Positions 49,685 through 62,974 of a stretch of DNA of 64,000 nucleotides are shown here, in pieces (the first letter of the stretch is position 1; each line of letters opens with the position of its first letter). Where the stretch lies: contig NW_024704753.1 in the NCBI RefSeq assembly GCF_018977255.1, forward strand, positions 620,001 to 684,000, in the 5' to 3' direction. Position numbers and translations under genes: made by a program. The stretch is from Callorhinchus milii (taxonomy: Eukaryota). Below the pieces are notes generated by a model that worked only from the letters and a program-made list of their open reading frames with translations, had not been told where the DNA came from and ran no database searches.

Positions 49685-51651
49685 GTCTCTCTCTTGAGTT
49701 GTGAGGTTGAAGGCCACTCTCTGATCTCACTGGTATTTGGGACAGCTGGCTCCAGATGTTGATAAACTGGCAGTGTGTTGGCATGTTAGTGCGTTAGAGT
49801 GTGGTCGGAGCGGAGGGACTGAAGGTCGCTGATGAAAGGCTGTCTGTTATCTGCTGTCAGGAATAGTTCAGTCCGTGTGTGAGGCCAAGTCTCGCTGTGA
49901 AGGGCAAATACTGACTGAACAAAGTCAGGGCCTCAGTGAAGGCTCAGGACGCGATGTGGGGAACACGGAGTCCCTGTGCTCCTGGAGATCTGATCAATAA
50001 TCCTGACATTCCCCGGCACCTCCTGTAGTGAACCTTGGAGTGGCTGCTTCTCGATCCTCAGTACAAACCCAGCCAAACATGGAGTCCTGTAATCCCTTCA
50101 AAAAATAATTTGGTCACTCAATCCATGAAGGATTATTTTTTTTTTGGATTAATTTTTTGAAGGGATTATTGCCCCGGAAAGCGATCCACCAATCGGCTAA
50201 CGAGCGGGTTCCTACTTACTGCTGGTAAACAGAGGTCTGTGGAGTAAGGATTTGCTTAAGGTTTCACCCCGGCCGGGAATCGAACCCGGGTCCTCTGGCT
50301 TGCAAGGCGAGCGCTCTAAACACTACGTTACTGTGCGCAATTGGCTGCCGCTTTTTGCCCACAAACTACACAATCACTGCACTTTACAGTATATTCTGTG
50401 AGGGTATTGAGATGTCTCAATGACATAATAAGGCTCTGTATCAAACAAAAGGGTGAAAGAGTCTGGGAATAGGGCTCATTATATAATATAACACTCCTAT
50501 AACACCCCTAATCTCTGGAACTCGCTGCCTCAATCCCTCCATTTCACCCCTTCTCTATCAGTCTCTCCCCCTCCGTCCCAGTCACCTCTGTGGTGAGAGA
50601 CACAGAGAGAGCAGTGAGTCCGCAGGGATATTAATGATAACAATCCTTGCATTTAACACAATGCCTTTCAGGAGGACGTCTCCAAGGGCTTTGCAGGATT
50701 TACTGTAAAGTGTAGTGACTGAGTGTTTTGTGGGCGACCTCAGCAGCCAATCTGCACACAGCAACATCGCGCTAACAGCCATGAAAGTGAGCGAACCATT
50801 TAATTTTAGGGAAAAGGAGGGTGAGACGGATTGCGGTGTCTGTGACTCACGGAGTAGAGGGAGGGAGGGCAGGAGGGAGGGAAGGAGGGAGGGAAGAGTG
50901 AGTGTGTGTTGGAGAGAGAGATACTGAGGGTAACACAGTGACCTCACAGAGCAAACATGGAGCTGTGGTGCCCTCTGGTGGTGAGACATGTAATTGCAGG
51001 GAGATAGACAGGTGACCAAAAAGGCACATAATACCATTGCAATATCTAATAAGTTTCAAAGAAATGATGATATATATGTATATATATATTTAGATAATAG
51101 GGTAGTTTTCACGACTTTTTGGTCATGCTGTATTTTATGTGTTACATAATCTCTTCACTTCTCCTGTAGAATAGAATCATAGAATCTTCAACACAAAAGG
51201 AGGCCATTCGGCCCGTCGTGCCTGTGCCGGCTCTTTGAAAGAGCTGCCCAACCAGTCCCACTCCCCGCTCTTAACCCAAAGCCCTGCACATGTCTCCTTT
51301 TCAGATACCTATCTAATTCCCTTTTAAAAGCTAATATGGAATCTGCTTCCACCGCCCTTTTGGGCAAAACCCTTTTCACTTTTTTTTTCCTCCTCACTAT
51401 AAAATATTTCAATTAGTCGCTGTTGCTAATTATAATGGTGGTGGGATTTGGGGGGAATAATTAAGATGTGGGGAACTGAAGTTTTTCTATGTAAATGGAT
51501 GCGAGTGAGAACTCTCACTAATAAAACTAATTCTGATCACATTCGCCTACAAAACCCACAGTCACCTCACTTTATAGTAACTTCTGTGAAGCACTTTGTG
51601 ACGTCTCGATGACATGATGAGGCCTTGTGTCAAACTCAAGGATTTTTTTTA

Positions 51652-51975
51652 TTAATAATAATAATAATCCTTGCATTTGACATAGCGCTTTTCACGTCGG
51701 GAGGACGTCCCAAAGCGCTTCACAGAACACACTGTAAAGTGAGTTGACTGTATATTTGTGGGCGAACGCGGCAGCCAATTGCACACAGCAATAATGTCCC
51801 ACAAGGTGTCGTAGATTGAAAATGACCAATTTATTACTGGTTTTGGTTTTGGAGGGACTATTATTAGGCTCTGTGTGGAGTAAGGAAACTTGCCCAAGGC
51901 CTCGCCCTCTGCCTGGGATTGTACTCAGGTCTCTCACTTGCAAAGTGAGTGCTCTAACCACTGAGCTACAGGACT
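51652..51975 (-). mobile_element. Same SINE family, full-length
   Basis: Reverse complement of the 13086 copy. Confidence 0.9.
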
Positions 51976-54059
51976 TTGTTATTATTAACAAAGCTTTATG
52001 TTAAAGGATAAAGATGATAATAATAATCCTTGCGCTACAGCAAGACAACAGCACAAATATAATAAAAATATAACAGTGCAAAGACACAATAATAATCCTT
52101 GCATTTGATACAGCGCCTTATCATGTCGTCGTGACGTCTTAAGGCGCTTCATGGGATACACTGTAAAGTGTAGTGACTGTGTTTTGTGGCGAAAGATAAT
52201 GTGTAAGTGGGGATGGTGTCAGTGACAGCACGTTAGTGCTGTCCAATGCCGAGAGAGCACGTGAGGTGTGAGCGTGTCTCCAACAGGGGTCGCCCAACGC
52301 CACCAAATCCTCTCATTGGGGGTCCGGCTGTCTCCCCCCCCCCCCCCCACCCCCCCCCCCCCCCCCCCCCCCCCGTCAGGATGTTATGCACATGTTGAAC
52401 ACCAGATAGCGCTGTATTGTCACAATCAGTGAGAGGGTGTCAGTGGGGGTGAGAGGGTTTCAGAGACGAGCAATGAGTGCGTGGGGTCAGAGATACCTCC
52501 TGTACACTCCACACCAAATACCCACGAAGGTTCCCCACCCTGAGCCGCGCGCAGGGACCACAGGCCATGTTAGTGACCAAATTTCTTACGCTCTAATTTT
52601 TCTTTCAGGAAATAACGTTCTGGGATATAAAAATAATAGCAATAATCCTTGCAGTTGATACAGCGCCTTATCACGTCTTCGAGACGTCTCAAAGCGCTTC
52701 ACAGATTATACTGTAAAGCGTAGTGACTGTGTATTTTGTGGGTGAAATGTGGCAGCACTCTTATAGGTAGTTCGGGACATGCTCAATAAATGGAATCTTG
52801 TTGTTGTTGTACGTGCACGCGACCGCCAGGAAGGCGGAAGGCAAACTAGATGGACCTTGGTCTTTTTTTCGTCTTGCATTTCTTATGTTCTTAAATGATC
52901 TGAAGGATTATTGGCCAGTTCACGGCGCCTCTGATAATGCGGTACCCCCCCCCATGCCGCCCACCTCTCCCTCTCTCCCCACACCGTGTGGCCACACAGA
53001 GCTGCTGACGGCCCCTCACGTTCTCTCTGCGCTTCCTCCGACGACAATGAAGCCGGCATCAGTCACTGCTGCAGTGGGTGGCGGTGTGACTGGGGTTTTG
53101 CCAACGCTTGTTTTCCACAATCACGCGGCCACCCAGCCTCCTGGGCCCATTCTAAACCAGGTTTGCCAACCTGCCCGAGTCACACGGCAACAACCCCCCC
53201 GCTACCCCCCACCAGGCTCGCTCAATGCACAATCTTTCTCTGTCCCTGGCGGAACCAGCAACCAAACACACAGTTACAGAGCCACACACACACACAGTCA
53301 CTTACATACACACACACACAGTCACACACACACACAGCCTGTGACTGCTCAGCTTCACCCTCTCAGTCCACTCACGTCACTTGTCAGTGATCAGTGTGGT
53401 TGTGTGGCTATTGTGCCTGTGAGAAGTTGTGTGAATGGAGCTGAACAAATAAGAAAATCACTTCCCAGCAAAGCTCACACTGACCCTCAATCAGCACCTC
53501 ACACAGGCAGCAGCTGCTGGCATTCAGTGTGTGTGTCAATGGCATGAAAAGGCAGGTAATGTGGAGTTCAGGACAGAATGGAGATAACCGGTGGTTCCAG
53601 GTGGGAAGGGAGGGGGACAATTATGAGGATAGGCACAGGGCAGGACTGCTCACTCACTGAATGCTCTCTGGGAGCCAGTGAATAGGTGTTGATTGTAATG
53701 GCAGCTCCTGTTGGCCCTCCCATTGACATGTTTACCAGAGTCTTTCTCTCCCCATTGAATGGGGTTAGAGTTGAGAGCTCCAATGGGAGGGTGAGCGCCA
53801 GCACAGACACGATGAGCTGAATGGCCTGTAATTCCCTGGATTCTGTATATAGGAATGTCCATTGGTTTGTGGTTGCAGCTGTCCGTGTCCAATCTGTCCC
53901 ATCCGCTTCCTTGATCCATGGCAGAGAGAGAGACAGAGAGGTGTACCTGAACTGACCTATGTACCTGTACTTGCCCTGTGTACCTGCCCTCACCTGTGTA
54001 ACCTGCACTGACTTGTGTATCTGGGCTCCCCAAATCCATGTGTTGTTCAGCTCCTTTCA

Positions 54060-54430
54060 CCAGGCAGCCATTCAATACACACTCCCTTCCCTTGTTTGTG
54101 TGTGTGTATTTTTAGCCAAAATGAATCACCTCATGTCCCCCTTTGTTGAACCGCATCTGCCACTGATCTGCCCATTGTGCTTAACTGTGTGAATCCTCCT
54201 GCAGCCTCTTGCCATCCTCCTTACAATTCATTAAGCTTTCTAGCGTGATATCATCTGCATTCTCTGACACTGAACACCCTCCAGCCAAGTGCAGGTCATT
54301 GATATAAATGGGATAGAGGCGAGGCCCAAGCACAGCCCTGTTACACGCCACTAATAACCTTCCTACAACCTCCAAAAGTAACCTTTTACCCTTTGCTCTA
54401 TTCTGCTTTCTATCCTTCAACCAGCCTTCA
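54060..54430 (-). mobile_element. CR1-clade LINE RT fragment
   Basis: VLGP.LY.IYINDL...ADD...EDGKRLQED remnant; other CR1 3' ends at about 15240-15600, 19035-19640 and 51170-51365. Confidence 0.75.
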
Positions 54431-57400
54431 ATCCAAATCACCAATAAATAAAAGGGGCTCCATCTCGGAGCCCCTCCACCTTGCCCCCTTTCCCCCCCCA
54501 ACCACCCCCCGTCTCCTTCAAGACCCTTTTCTTTGACCGCCACTCTCCAACCCCACCCTCACTGCCCTCCACCCCTCCTGATCCCAAACCCCAGCTCAGG
54601 TCCAAACCCCTTATTATCCAGCGCCTTGGGACGTCCTCCTGACATGAAAGGTGCTGTTTAAATGCAGCTTGTTATTTGTTGTTGTTGAAAGGAAGCGTTG
54701 GAGAGTGTGTGGGGTGGGGGAGAGAAATGTACAGTGTGTGAACGCACTCTATGAACTCTGAATGTGAGCTGAAATTTTAGCCTGTGTCTCTCTGAGTACC
54801 AGGAACCCAGCTCGGACTCCAAGCCATCATTTGCCCTTCACACCTGTCGTTCTCCTGGCTGCTGCCCATCACCAGCCTGAAACCCGAGAGTCAGCCCCAA
54901 CCCCAATCCACAACCCCACCCCCCCAGCCCAGACTCAAGCCCAAACCCCCTCCCCTCTCCCTCTTCTTCTGCAATAACCTGCCGTGTTTCGCCTACAAAA
55001 TATACAGTCAATTCACTTTACAGTCTATTCTGTGAAGGGCTTTGAGATGTCTCGAAGACGTGATAAAGCGCTGTATCAAATGCAAGGGTTATTATTATTA
55101 TTATTAACAAGCGGCTGCTAATAAATGAATGTGTGTGCAAACACGGGATGGAATAGGGCCTTGTGTTGGTGTGACCCCCCCCCACACATACACAAACTCA
55201 CTGATAGCGATAGCCAGTAAAATCCCCCCACCTCCCCCTCAAGTAAATTTGTATCAAAAATAACAAGCCACCACTTGACGGCATTCATTGCTCTCCGCAC
55301 TGTGAGAAGCTTTTATCTGTGAGCTTGTAGATTTTAGTGCGCTCTCCCTGTAAGTTATTATTATTCCGGGCACGTCACACGGGAGCAAAACACTGACATT
55401 AAGAGCCTTATGTTTTACATTGCGAGCTCCATGCTGAGTCCCTTTGAAATGACTCCCCACTGGGGTCCCAGACCCAGTCAGGCTGTTGTTTATCCCCTCA
55501 CTGAAATATGTGGTGGATTATCAAATCCTAAAGCCTCTCTCCTCAAACCCTCTCCTTTAGCACTCGGCCAAACCTCTCAACCATAAAGTAGCTTAAAGAC
55601 CGACTGTTAACACTCAGGCGTCTTACTCGAGAAGGTAATTCCGAGAGTTTTATTTACACTGAAATCTAACCCTGAACCACAGATCTTTCCTGCCTTCTGG
55701 TCCCTCGTTTCACCACATCTTACAATCTTCTGACGCAGTGACGAAGTGCTATGAGGGCGACGGGTTCTTTAAATAAATAGTCAACATTTGTTTAAGCAGT
55801 GGTAGGGTGTCCCTCTGCTCAGAGAGGGGCTGAGATCAGGGGGAGCACTGGTACAGGGAACACAGAGGTTAGAGGATAAATATCATAAAAATTTATAATA
55901 AGACAGAGGAACATCTGACTCCATTGGCCCAGTGATCTCCTTCTCCTTGGATTTCTACCACCATAGGGTCTCCCTGGAGCTCAACTGGCCCCAAGAAGAC
56001 ATGCTGGCAATAGAGTGTCGGAATCAAGCCAGCCCTCTGTGATGGTCTCTAGTCCGGTTCCTGAGCCAGGCGAGTCCGCAGTGTCCCAGTGCACTCACTG
56101 CTGATGGCAGCACAGCCCGGCCTGGCTCATCGGCAGGACCTGAAAGGGCGAACCATTCACTGGGGGCAGGGAATCTTCCACCTCAGCTCCTGTTAACCCT
56201 GCAGCCAAAGCCCTAACGGGGAGGGTGCTCCTAGCTGGACAAGCAGTGGGAAAACTTGCCAGACAGCAATATCAATGGCAAGCTATGTGGGAGGAGAGAG
56301 AGTGCGCATTCCATTCCAGACACAGGGAAATTTCCATATGTAGGTGACGTACATATGTAGGACTCTCAATCTGGTTTGGATAGTCTGAAACACGGTAATG
56401 GGTTTCCAGCCGGTATCTCTCACACGAAAACCCATCACCGTGATCAGCTGGGTGTATGACACACGGAAATTGGGCTTTGGAAGGTGGATCTGAGGCCATG
56501 AAGAAACCCTGCCCTTCAGAGATTGTCCAATCATAGATGTGTCCTCCTGTAGGGGTTATTACACCACAGAGAGTTGTGGATGTGCTGTTGGAGGAGATTT
56601 CCTCATGCTGTGTACACGCAGACAGCACGTGTTTGAGACTGTAAGCAGTTGCAGTGATAAACACAAGCATTCTGTAATGTTTGCACGTGGAGAATCAATC
56701 CAAGGTTGCCTTTTGCTGTGTGAAAATGTTGTAAGGTTTCCCGTGTTGGTCGCTGATATTTCTGAAACATCTGGTACAGAAGAGATGGTAAACGCCCCAT
56801 CATGTCTGTGCTGGGGCTCGCTCCCCCACTGGAGCTCTCGACTCTAACCCCATTCCCTGCTCTCTCTCTCTCTCTCCATCGTGTCTGTGCTGGGGCTCGC
56901 TCCCCCACTGGAGCTCTATGTATGAGTGTTCTGACAGCTGACAATGCCCTGATTACATACGAGTTGTAAAGTGAAATTTATTGTTAACGTTGGCCTAGTC
57001 TGTAGACAACACTGCAACTAGGTTAAGTGAATTCATAGTGAGCCCTTTGTAGCCTGGACACATGTGTATAGATACAAGATGAAGGATTTTGAGGGAGAAA
57101 TATGTTACTCCAGGAAATAGTCAGAATATAATAACACAGATCGCTGTTTGGGTGATTAGTTTTCATAACAACTGCTCGAATCTCAGGCGACAATGGGACC
57201 CGGTGTCATAAGGCACAAACCAAGAATGGTACCATTATGGGAACTATTATAAGGGGATATCTCCAAATTAGTTCAATTTGTATTGAGGAATCATCCTGAA
57301 AATTTTCAGCGCCTTGGGACATCCTCCCGACGTGAAAGGCGCTCTATAAATGGAATCTTGTTGTTGTTGTTGTTGAAAATGGTCATTCACCTCAAGGCTG

Positions 57401-59124
57401 TTGCTCAAACATACGAATTGGCTGCTGTGTTTGCACCCACAAACACGTTGGCTGATCGGCTGAGGGAGTAGGGTTCCACTGACCTCCGAGCCCAGCCTGG
57501 CCCGGGTTAATGTTCTTTGGCTCGTGTTCAGCCACTGCCCATCCACAGGAAGTTCATGAAAGCCTGGTCCCTGATACCACCTCAGGTGAGAAAGAGGGGG
57601 AGGGGGAGAGAGACAGAGAGAGAGGGAGAGAGAGAGAGAGAGAGAAAGGCAGACCCTCATCATGGGTCTGACTCCCAGAGTGACAATTATTCCCATGTTA
57701 CACAAAGCTGGTGGCTGCTCTGACATTGCGTGTGGTTTGGGATCAGAGGGTTACATGACAGTGTGTCAGCCGTTCACTCCTAACACTGAACTATAGCTTA
57801 AAGTCCCCAGGGGCATTAGGGTCAGGCATGATAGTACACTATCTCCCCCACTTCTCCCCCCTCCGCTGCCCTGCCCCCCACCTCCCCTCCCACACATACA
57901 CACAGCTCTGAGCTTAGATTTGAAAGGTCCTTCACCCGGTCAACAAAGCAGGGCCCACTCCAGCCTCATTCACCAGAGGCTATGTATTCTGTAACCAGCC
58001 ATTGCCCAAACCATAACCTGACCCTCACCATTATTCAGAAACCCTACAACAACAACAAGATTACATTTGTTAGCGCCTTTCACGTCGGGAGGACCTCCCA
58101 AGGCGCTAAATCCTTGCATTGATACAATCTCATCAATTCAAATCATCTCAAAGCGCTACGCAGTTTGCTGTAAAGTGTAGTGATTGGGTATTTCTGGACA
58201 AACTTGGCAGCCGATTTAATCTGGAGGATTGTCAGCCAGGACACGGGGAGAGAAAAACTCCCTTCTCTTTTCCTGACAGCGCCGCAGGATCTTTCACGTC
58301 CACCTGAACAGGGCACGGATGGTAATTGAGGTTTAACTTCTTATCTGAAGGACGGAACCCCTGAAAATGCAGCACTCTCTGCCCCCAACCCTGCACTGGG
58401 GGGGGGGGGGGTCAACCTGGACTGTGAATACCCTAATCCTTCAATAAATCCATTTTACTGCTGTGTGGTGGTGGTGTGTGGGGGGGTGGGGGGTGTTGAG
58501 CTGTTCAGGACGTGTTGTTCAGTGAGAGGCTCAGGAGCTGTCAGTGCTGGACTTTGGTGTCTCAACACAAACCAAGCTGAAGAGTGTTTTAGGTAAAAAT
58601 AAACTTTAATTGATTTGGAACCGTCCATTTATGTTCTGGGAGGAGTCTGAGTCTATCCGAGCTCTTTGCTCACAAGGCGTGGGAAAAGCTAATAGGGGGA
58701 GAGTGAGAGGGGGAGAGAGAGTGTTACGAGGAGAGAAACGACAGAGGAGAGGGTGAGAGGAGGAAGGGGAAAAGGGGAGAGAGAGGGTGAGAGAAGAGAA
58801 GGGGGCGAGAGGACAGAAGAGGAAGGGAGAGAGGGCGATAAGAGAGGGGAAGAGAGGGATAGAAGAGCGGTAAGGGAGGGAAGGGGGAGATGGGGGGAGA
58901 GAGAGAAGAGAGATGGAGGTAATAAGAGTGTTAGAGGGGAGAGATGGAGAGAGGAGAGGAGAAAGAGGATTTGTGCAGTTACAATGAGGGACTGGCCAGT
59001 CGCCCTGTGAATATTTACCTACTGCACAATGATAGCTAACACGTTCAAGCCTTTCCCCAGCGCAGTATCAGGGGAGTGTGGGCTCACTGTGAAGACTGTG
59101 CACAAACCAATTACAAGTGCAATA

Positions 59125-59260
59125 AAAACAGAAGTGACTGGGAACACTCAGCAGGTCAGGCAGCATCATAGCCATATAGCCTAGATTCTGCCTGACCTGC
59201 TGAGTGCTCCCAGCGACGTCGGTTTTTATTTCAGATTCCAGCATCTGCAGTACAGTACTT
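59125..59260. mobile_element. Collapsed copy of the same palindromic Penelope-like repeat
   Basis: aaaacagaagtgactgggaacactcagcaggtcaggcagcatc ... ctgcctgacctgctgagtgctcccagcgac, plus the same ttccagc.tctgcagta tail. Confidence 0.7.
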
Positions 59261-59324
59261 TGCCTTCCATTTATAACTGCATTCTGCACAGACACAGGCT
59301 TAGGCTTTTGGGGACTGGGGACAC

Positions 59325-60300
59325 AGACACACATACATACACACACACACAGCCCCTCACACATACANNNNNNNNNNNNNNNNNNNNNNNNNNNNNNNNN
59401 NNNNNNNNNNNNNNNNNNNNNNNNNNNNNNNNNNNNNNNNNNNNNNNNNNNNNNNNNNNNNNNNNNNNNNNNNNNNNNNNNNNNNNNNNNNNNNNNGCCC
59501 CTCACACACACTTACACAACAGCCCTCACACACACACCAGCCAGTTACACACACATACACACACAGCCCCTCACACACCACACAAACACACACAGCCCCG
59601 AGACACACACATACACACACAGCCTCGACATACACATACACACACAGCCCCGAGACACACACATACACACAGCCCCTCACACGTACACATACACACAGCC
59701 CTCACACACACATACACACAGCCCCTCACACATACCTACACACAGCCCCTCACACATACCTACACACACAGCCCCACACATACATACACACACAGCCCCT
59801 CACACACACATACACACACAGCCCCTCACACACACATACACACAGCCCCTCACACACACATACACACACAGCCCCTCACACATACATACACACACAGCCC
59901 CTCACACATACATACACACACAGCCCCTCACACATACCTACACACACAGCCTCTCACACATACATACACACAGCCCCTCACACATACATACACACACAGC
60001 CCCTCACACATACATACACACACAGCCCCTCACACATACCTACACACACAGCCTCTCACACATACATACACACAGCCCCTCACACACACATACACACACA
60101 GCCCCTCACACATACATACACACACAGCCCCTCACACATACATACACACACAGCCCCACACATATATACACACACAGCCCCACACATACATACACACACA
60201 GCCTCTCACACATACATACACACACAGCCCCTCACACATACATACACACACAGCCCCACACATACATACACACACAGCCCCTCACATACACACACTCACA
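59325..60300 (+). repeat. CA-rich minisatellite (acacagcccctcacacatacat) spanning the gap at 59368-59496
   Basis: Direct inspection. Confidence 0.9.
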
Positions 60301-60559
60301 TGCCCCTGGTCTATCTGCTTCTCTCATCATATCAGTGTTGGGGTGGGGGGGAGGGGTAGGTGTGTGTGTGAGTGAGGGCAGTGTATGTGGGAGGGGTGTG
60401 AGGGGTGTGTGTGGGTATGTAGGGAGTGTTTGAGGTGGGGGTGGGGGGCAGTGACAGGGAGCACTTGGCTGACATCCAAACCCAGGGATTCGGCAGCGGC
60501 TGTGAGAGGGGGTTGAGGTGCGCTTGTTCCCAGTCACTCAAGTCAGTGAGAGACAGACA

Positions 60560-60599
60560 GACAGAGAGAGAGGAGTCACCATCCCCACAGACACAGAGG

Positions 60600-60630
<31 letters not shown>

Positions 60631-60693
60631 GAGTCACCATCCCCACAGAGAGACACACAGAGAGAGGAGTCACCATCCCCACAGACACAGAGG

Positions 60694-60724
<31 letters not shown>

Positions 60725-60945
60725 GAGTCACCATCCCCACAGAGAGACACACAGAGAGAGGAGTCACCATCCCCACAGACTCAGAGGGAGAGAGCCACAG
60801 AGAGAGGAGTCCCCATCCCCACAGACACAGAGGGAGAGAGAGGAGTCACCATCCCCACAGACACAGAGGGAGAGAGAGGAGTCCCCATCCCCACAGACAC
60901 AGAGGGAGAGAGAGGAGTCCCCATCCCCACAGACCCACAGAGAGG
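60560..60945 (+). repeat. GA-rich minisatellite (gagaggagtcaccatccccacagacacagagggaga)
   Basis: About 9 degenerate copies. Confidence 0.88.
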
Positions 60946-61009
60946 CGCTGGCTCCCCGCCTGTGCCCCACACTGCACTCAGGACGCTTCCCCAGAGAATC
61001 GCTCGCACG
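60945..61009 (+). other. SLC6A11: Putative non-coding first exon of SLC6A11
   Basis: Short CpG-containing unique stretch ending in a strong donor acg|gtaagt at 61010; the 5' end is a guess. Confidence 0.5.
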
Positions 61010-61196
61010 GTAAGTGAGTGAGTGAGTGAGTGGAGCGAGGAGCGCATTCTCAGCCTCTGCTAAACATCACACGGCGTTGCGAATCGTCCCCGTCGGCAGC
61101 GCATTCTACAGCAGCGATGGTTCAGAGCTGAGCGGCGTCTCTGGGAATATCAGCTCCTCAGGCAGTTTGCATTCGGATTACTCACTGTCCCCCCAA

Positions 61197-62560
61197 CACA
61201 CACACACTAACTCCCTCACAGTCACACACACGAACTCCCTCACAGTCACACACACACTAACTCCCTCACAGTCACACACACGAACTCCCTCACAGTCACA
61301 CACACTAACTCCCTCACAGTCACACACACACTAACTCCCTCACAGTCACACACACTAACTCCCTCACAGTCACACACACTAACTCCCTCACAGTCACACA
61401 CACTAACTCCCTCACAGTCACACACACACTAACTCCCTCACAGTCACACACACTAACTCCCTCACAGTCACACACACTAACTCCCTCACAGTCACACACA
61501 CACTAACTCCCTCACAGTCACACACACTAACTCCCTCACAGTCACACACACTAACTCCCTCACAGTCACACACACACTAACTCCCTCACAGTCACACACA
61601 CTAACTCCCTCACAGTCACACACACTAACTCCCTCACAGTCACACACACACTAACTCCCTCACAGTCACACACACTAACTCCCTCACAGTCACACACACA
61701 CACTAACTCCCTCACAGTCACACACACACACTAACTCCCTCACAGTCACACACACTAACTCCCTCACAGTCACATACACTAACTCCCTCACAGTCACACA
61801 CACACTAACTCCCTCACAGTCACACACACACTAACTCCCTCACAGTCACACACACTAACTCCCTCACAGTCACACACACTAACTCCCTCACAGTCACACA
61901 CACTAACTCCCTCACAGTCACACACACTAACTCCCTCACAGTCACACACACTCCCTCACAGTCACACACACACACTAACTCCCTCACAGTCACACACACA
62001 CACTAACTCCCTCACAGTCACACACACACACTAACTCCCTCACAGTCACACACACTAACTCCCTCACAGTCACACACACTAACTCCCTCACAGTCACACA
62101 CACACTAACTCCCTCACAGTCACACACACTAACTCCCTCACAGTCACACACACTAACTCCCTCACAGTCACACACACACACTAACTCCCTCACAGTCACA
62201 CACACTAACTCCCTCACAGTCACACACACACTAACTCCCTCACAGTCACACACACTAACTCCCTCACAGTCACACACACACACTAACTCCCTCACAGTCA
62301 CACACACACTAACTCCCTCACAGTCACACACACTAACTCCCTCACAGTCACACACACTAACTCCCTCACAGTCACACACACACTAACTCCATCACAGTCA
62401 CACACACTAACTCCCTCACAGTCACACACACTAACTCCCTCACAGTCACACACATACTAACTCCCTCACAGTCACACACACTAACTCCCTCACAGTCACA
62501 CATACACTAACTCCCTCACAGTCACACACACATTAACTCCCTCACAGTCACACACACAGT
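61197..62560 (+). repeat. 24-28-bp minisatellite (ca)n-ctaactccctcacagt in SLC6A11 intron 1
   Basis: Roughly 50 highly homogeneous copies. Confidence 0.95.
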
Positions 62561-62700
62561 CTTCCCCCCACCCACTCCCTCACGCTCAGACCCACCGGCA
62601 CTGACACCGTGACAGACAGACAGACAGACAGACCAGTGTCCCCTCATGACAGACAGACGCTGACCCCCCTCCCGCCTGTCCCAGGTGACTATTGCAGACC

Positions 62701-62917
62701 ATGAGACAGGTGAAAGCTGACCCCATCCTCAACGGGAAGTCAGAGGATGTCCCGGACACTGAGGCGTCCAATGCCGCACTGGTGAGTGCCCAACAGCGGG
62801 TCCGGGAGCGCGGCCACTGGAACAACAAAGTGGAGTTTGTGCTGTCAGTGGCCGGAGAGATCATCGGCCTCGGCAACGTGTGGCGGTTCCCCTATCTGTG
62901 CTACAAGAACGGCGGAG
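62701..62917 (+). CDS. SLC6A11: Na+/Cl- dependent GABA transporter 3, first coding exon (gene continues beyond the window)
   Basis: [13 protein letters not shown]...[37 protein letters not shown]: SLC6 signature; the [18 protein letters not shown] string is GAT-3-like; acceptor at 62684, phase-1 donor gtacgg at 62918. Confidence 0.88.
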
Positions 62918-62974
62918 GTACGGTGCTGACCCCCACCCCCACCCCTCTACTGTCCCCCACCCCCACCCCTCTAC

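Noticed and set aside
52798-53547. 249-aa ORF
   Set aside because: Starts in LINE tail fragments, includes a CA microsatellite, no ATG context or domain.
56272-56775. TLR9 remnant (PRANITE..LS and RHL...WN resemble the TLR9 N-terminus)
   Set aside because: The matches are in different frames with wrong spacing, and there are no LRR repeats or TIR domain; likely chance.
59204-60433. His/Thr-rich ORFs of 371-409 aa
   Set aside because: CA-rich minisatellite with a gap.
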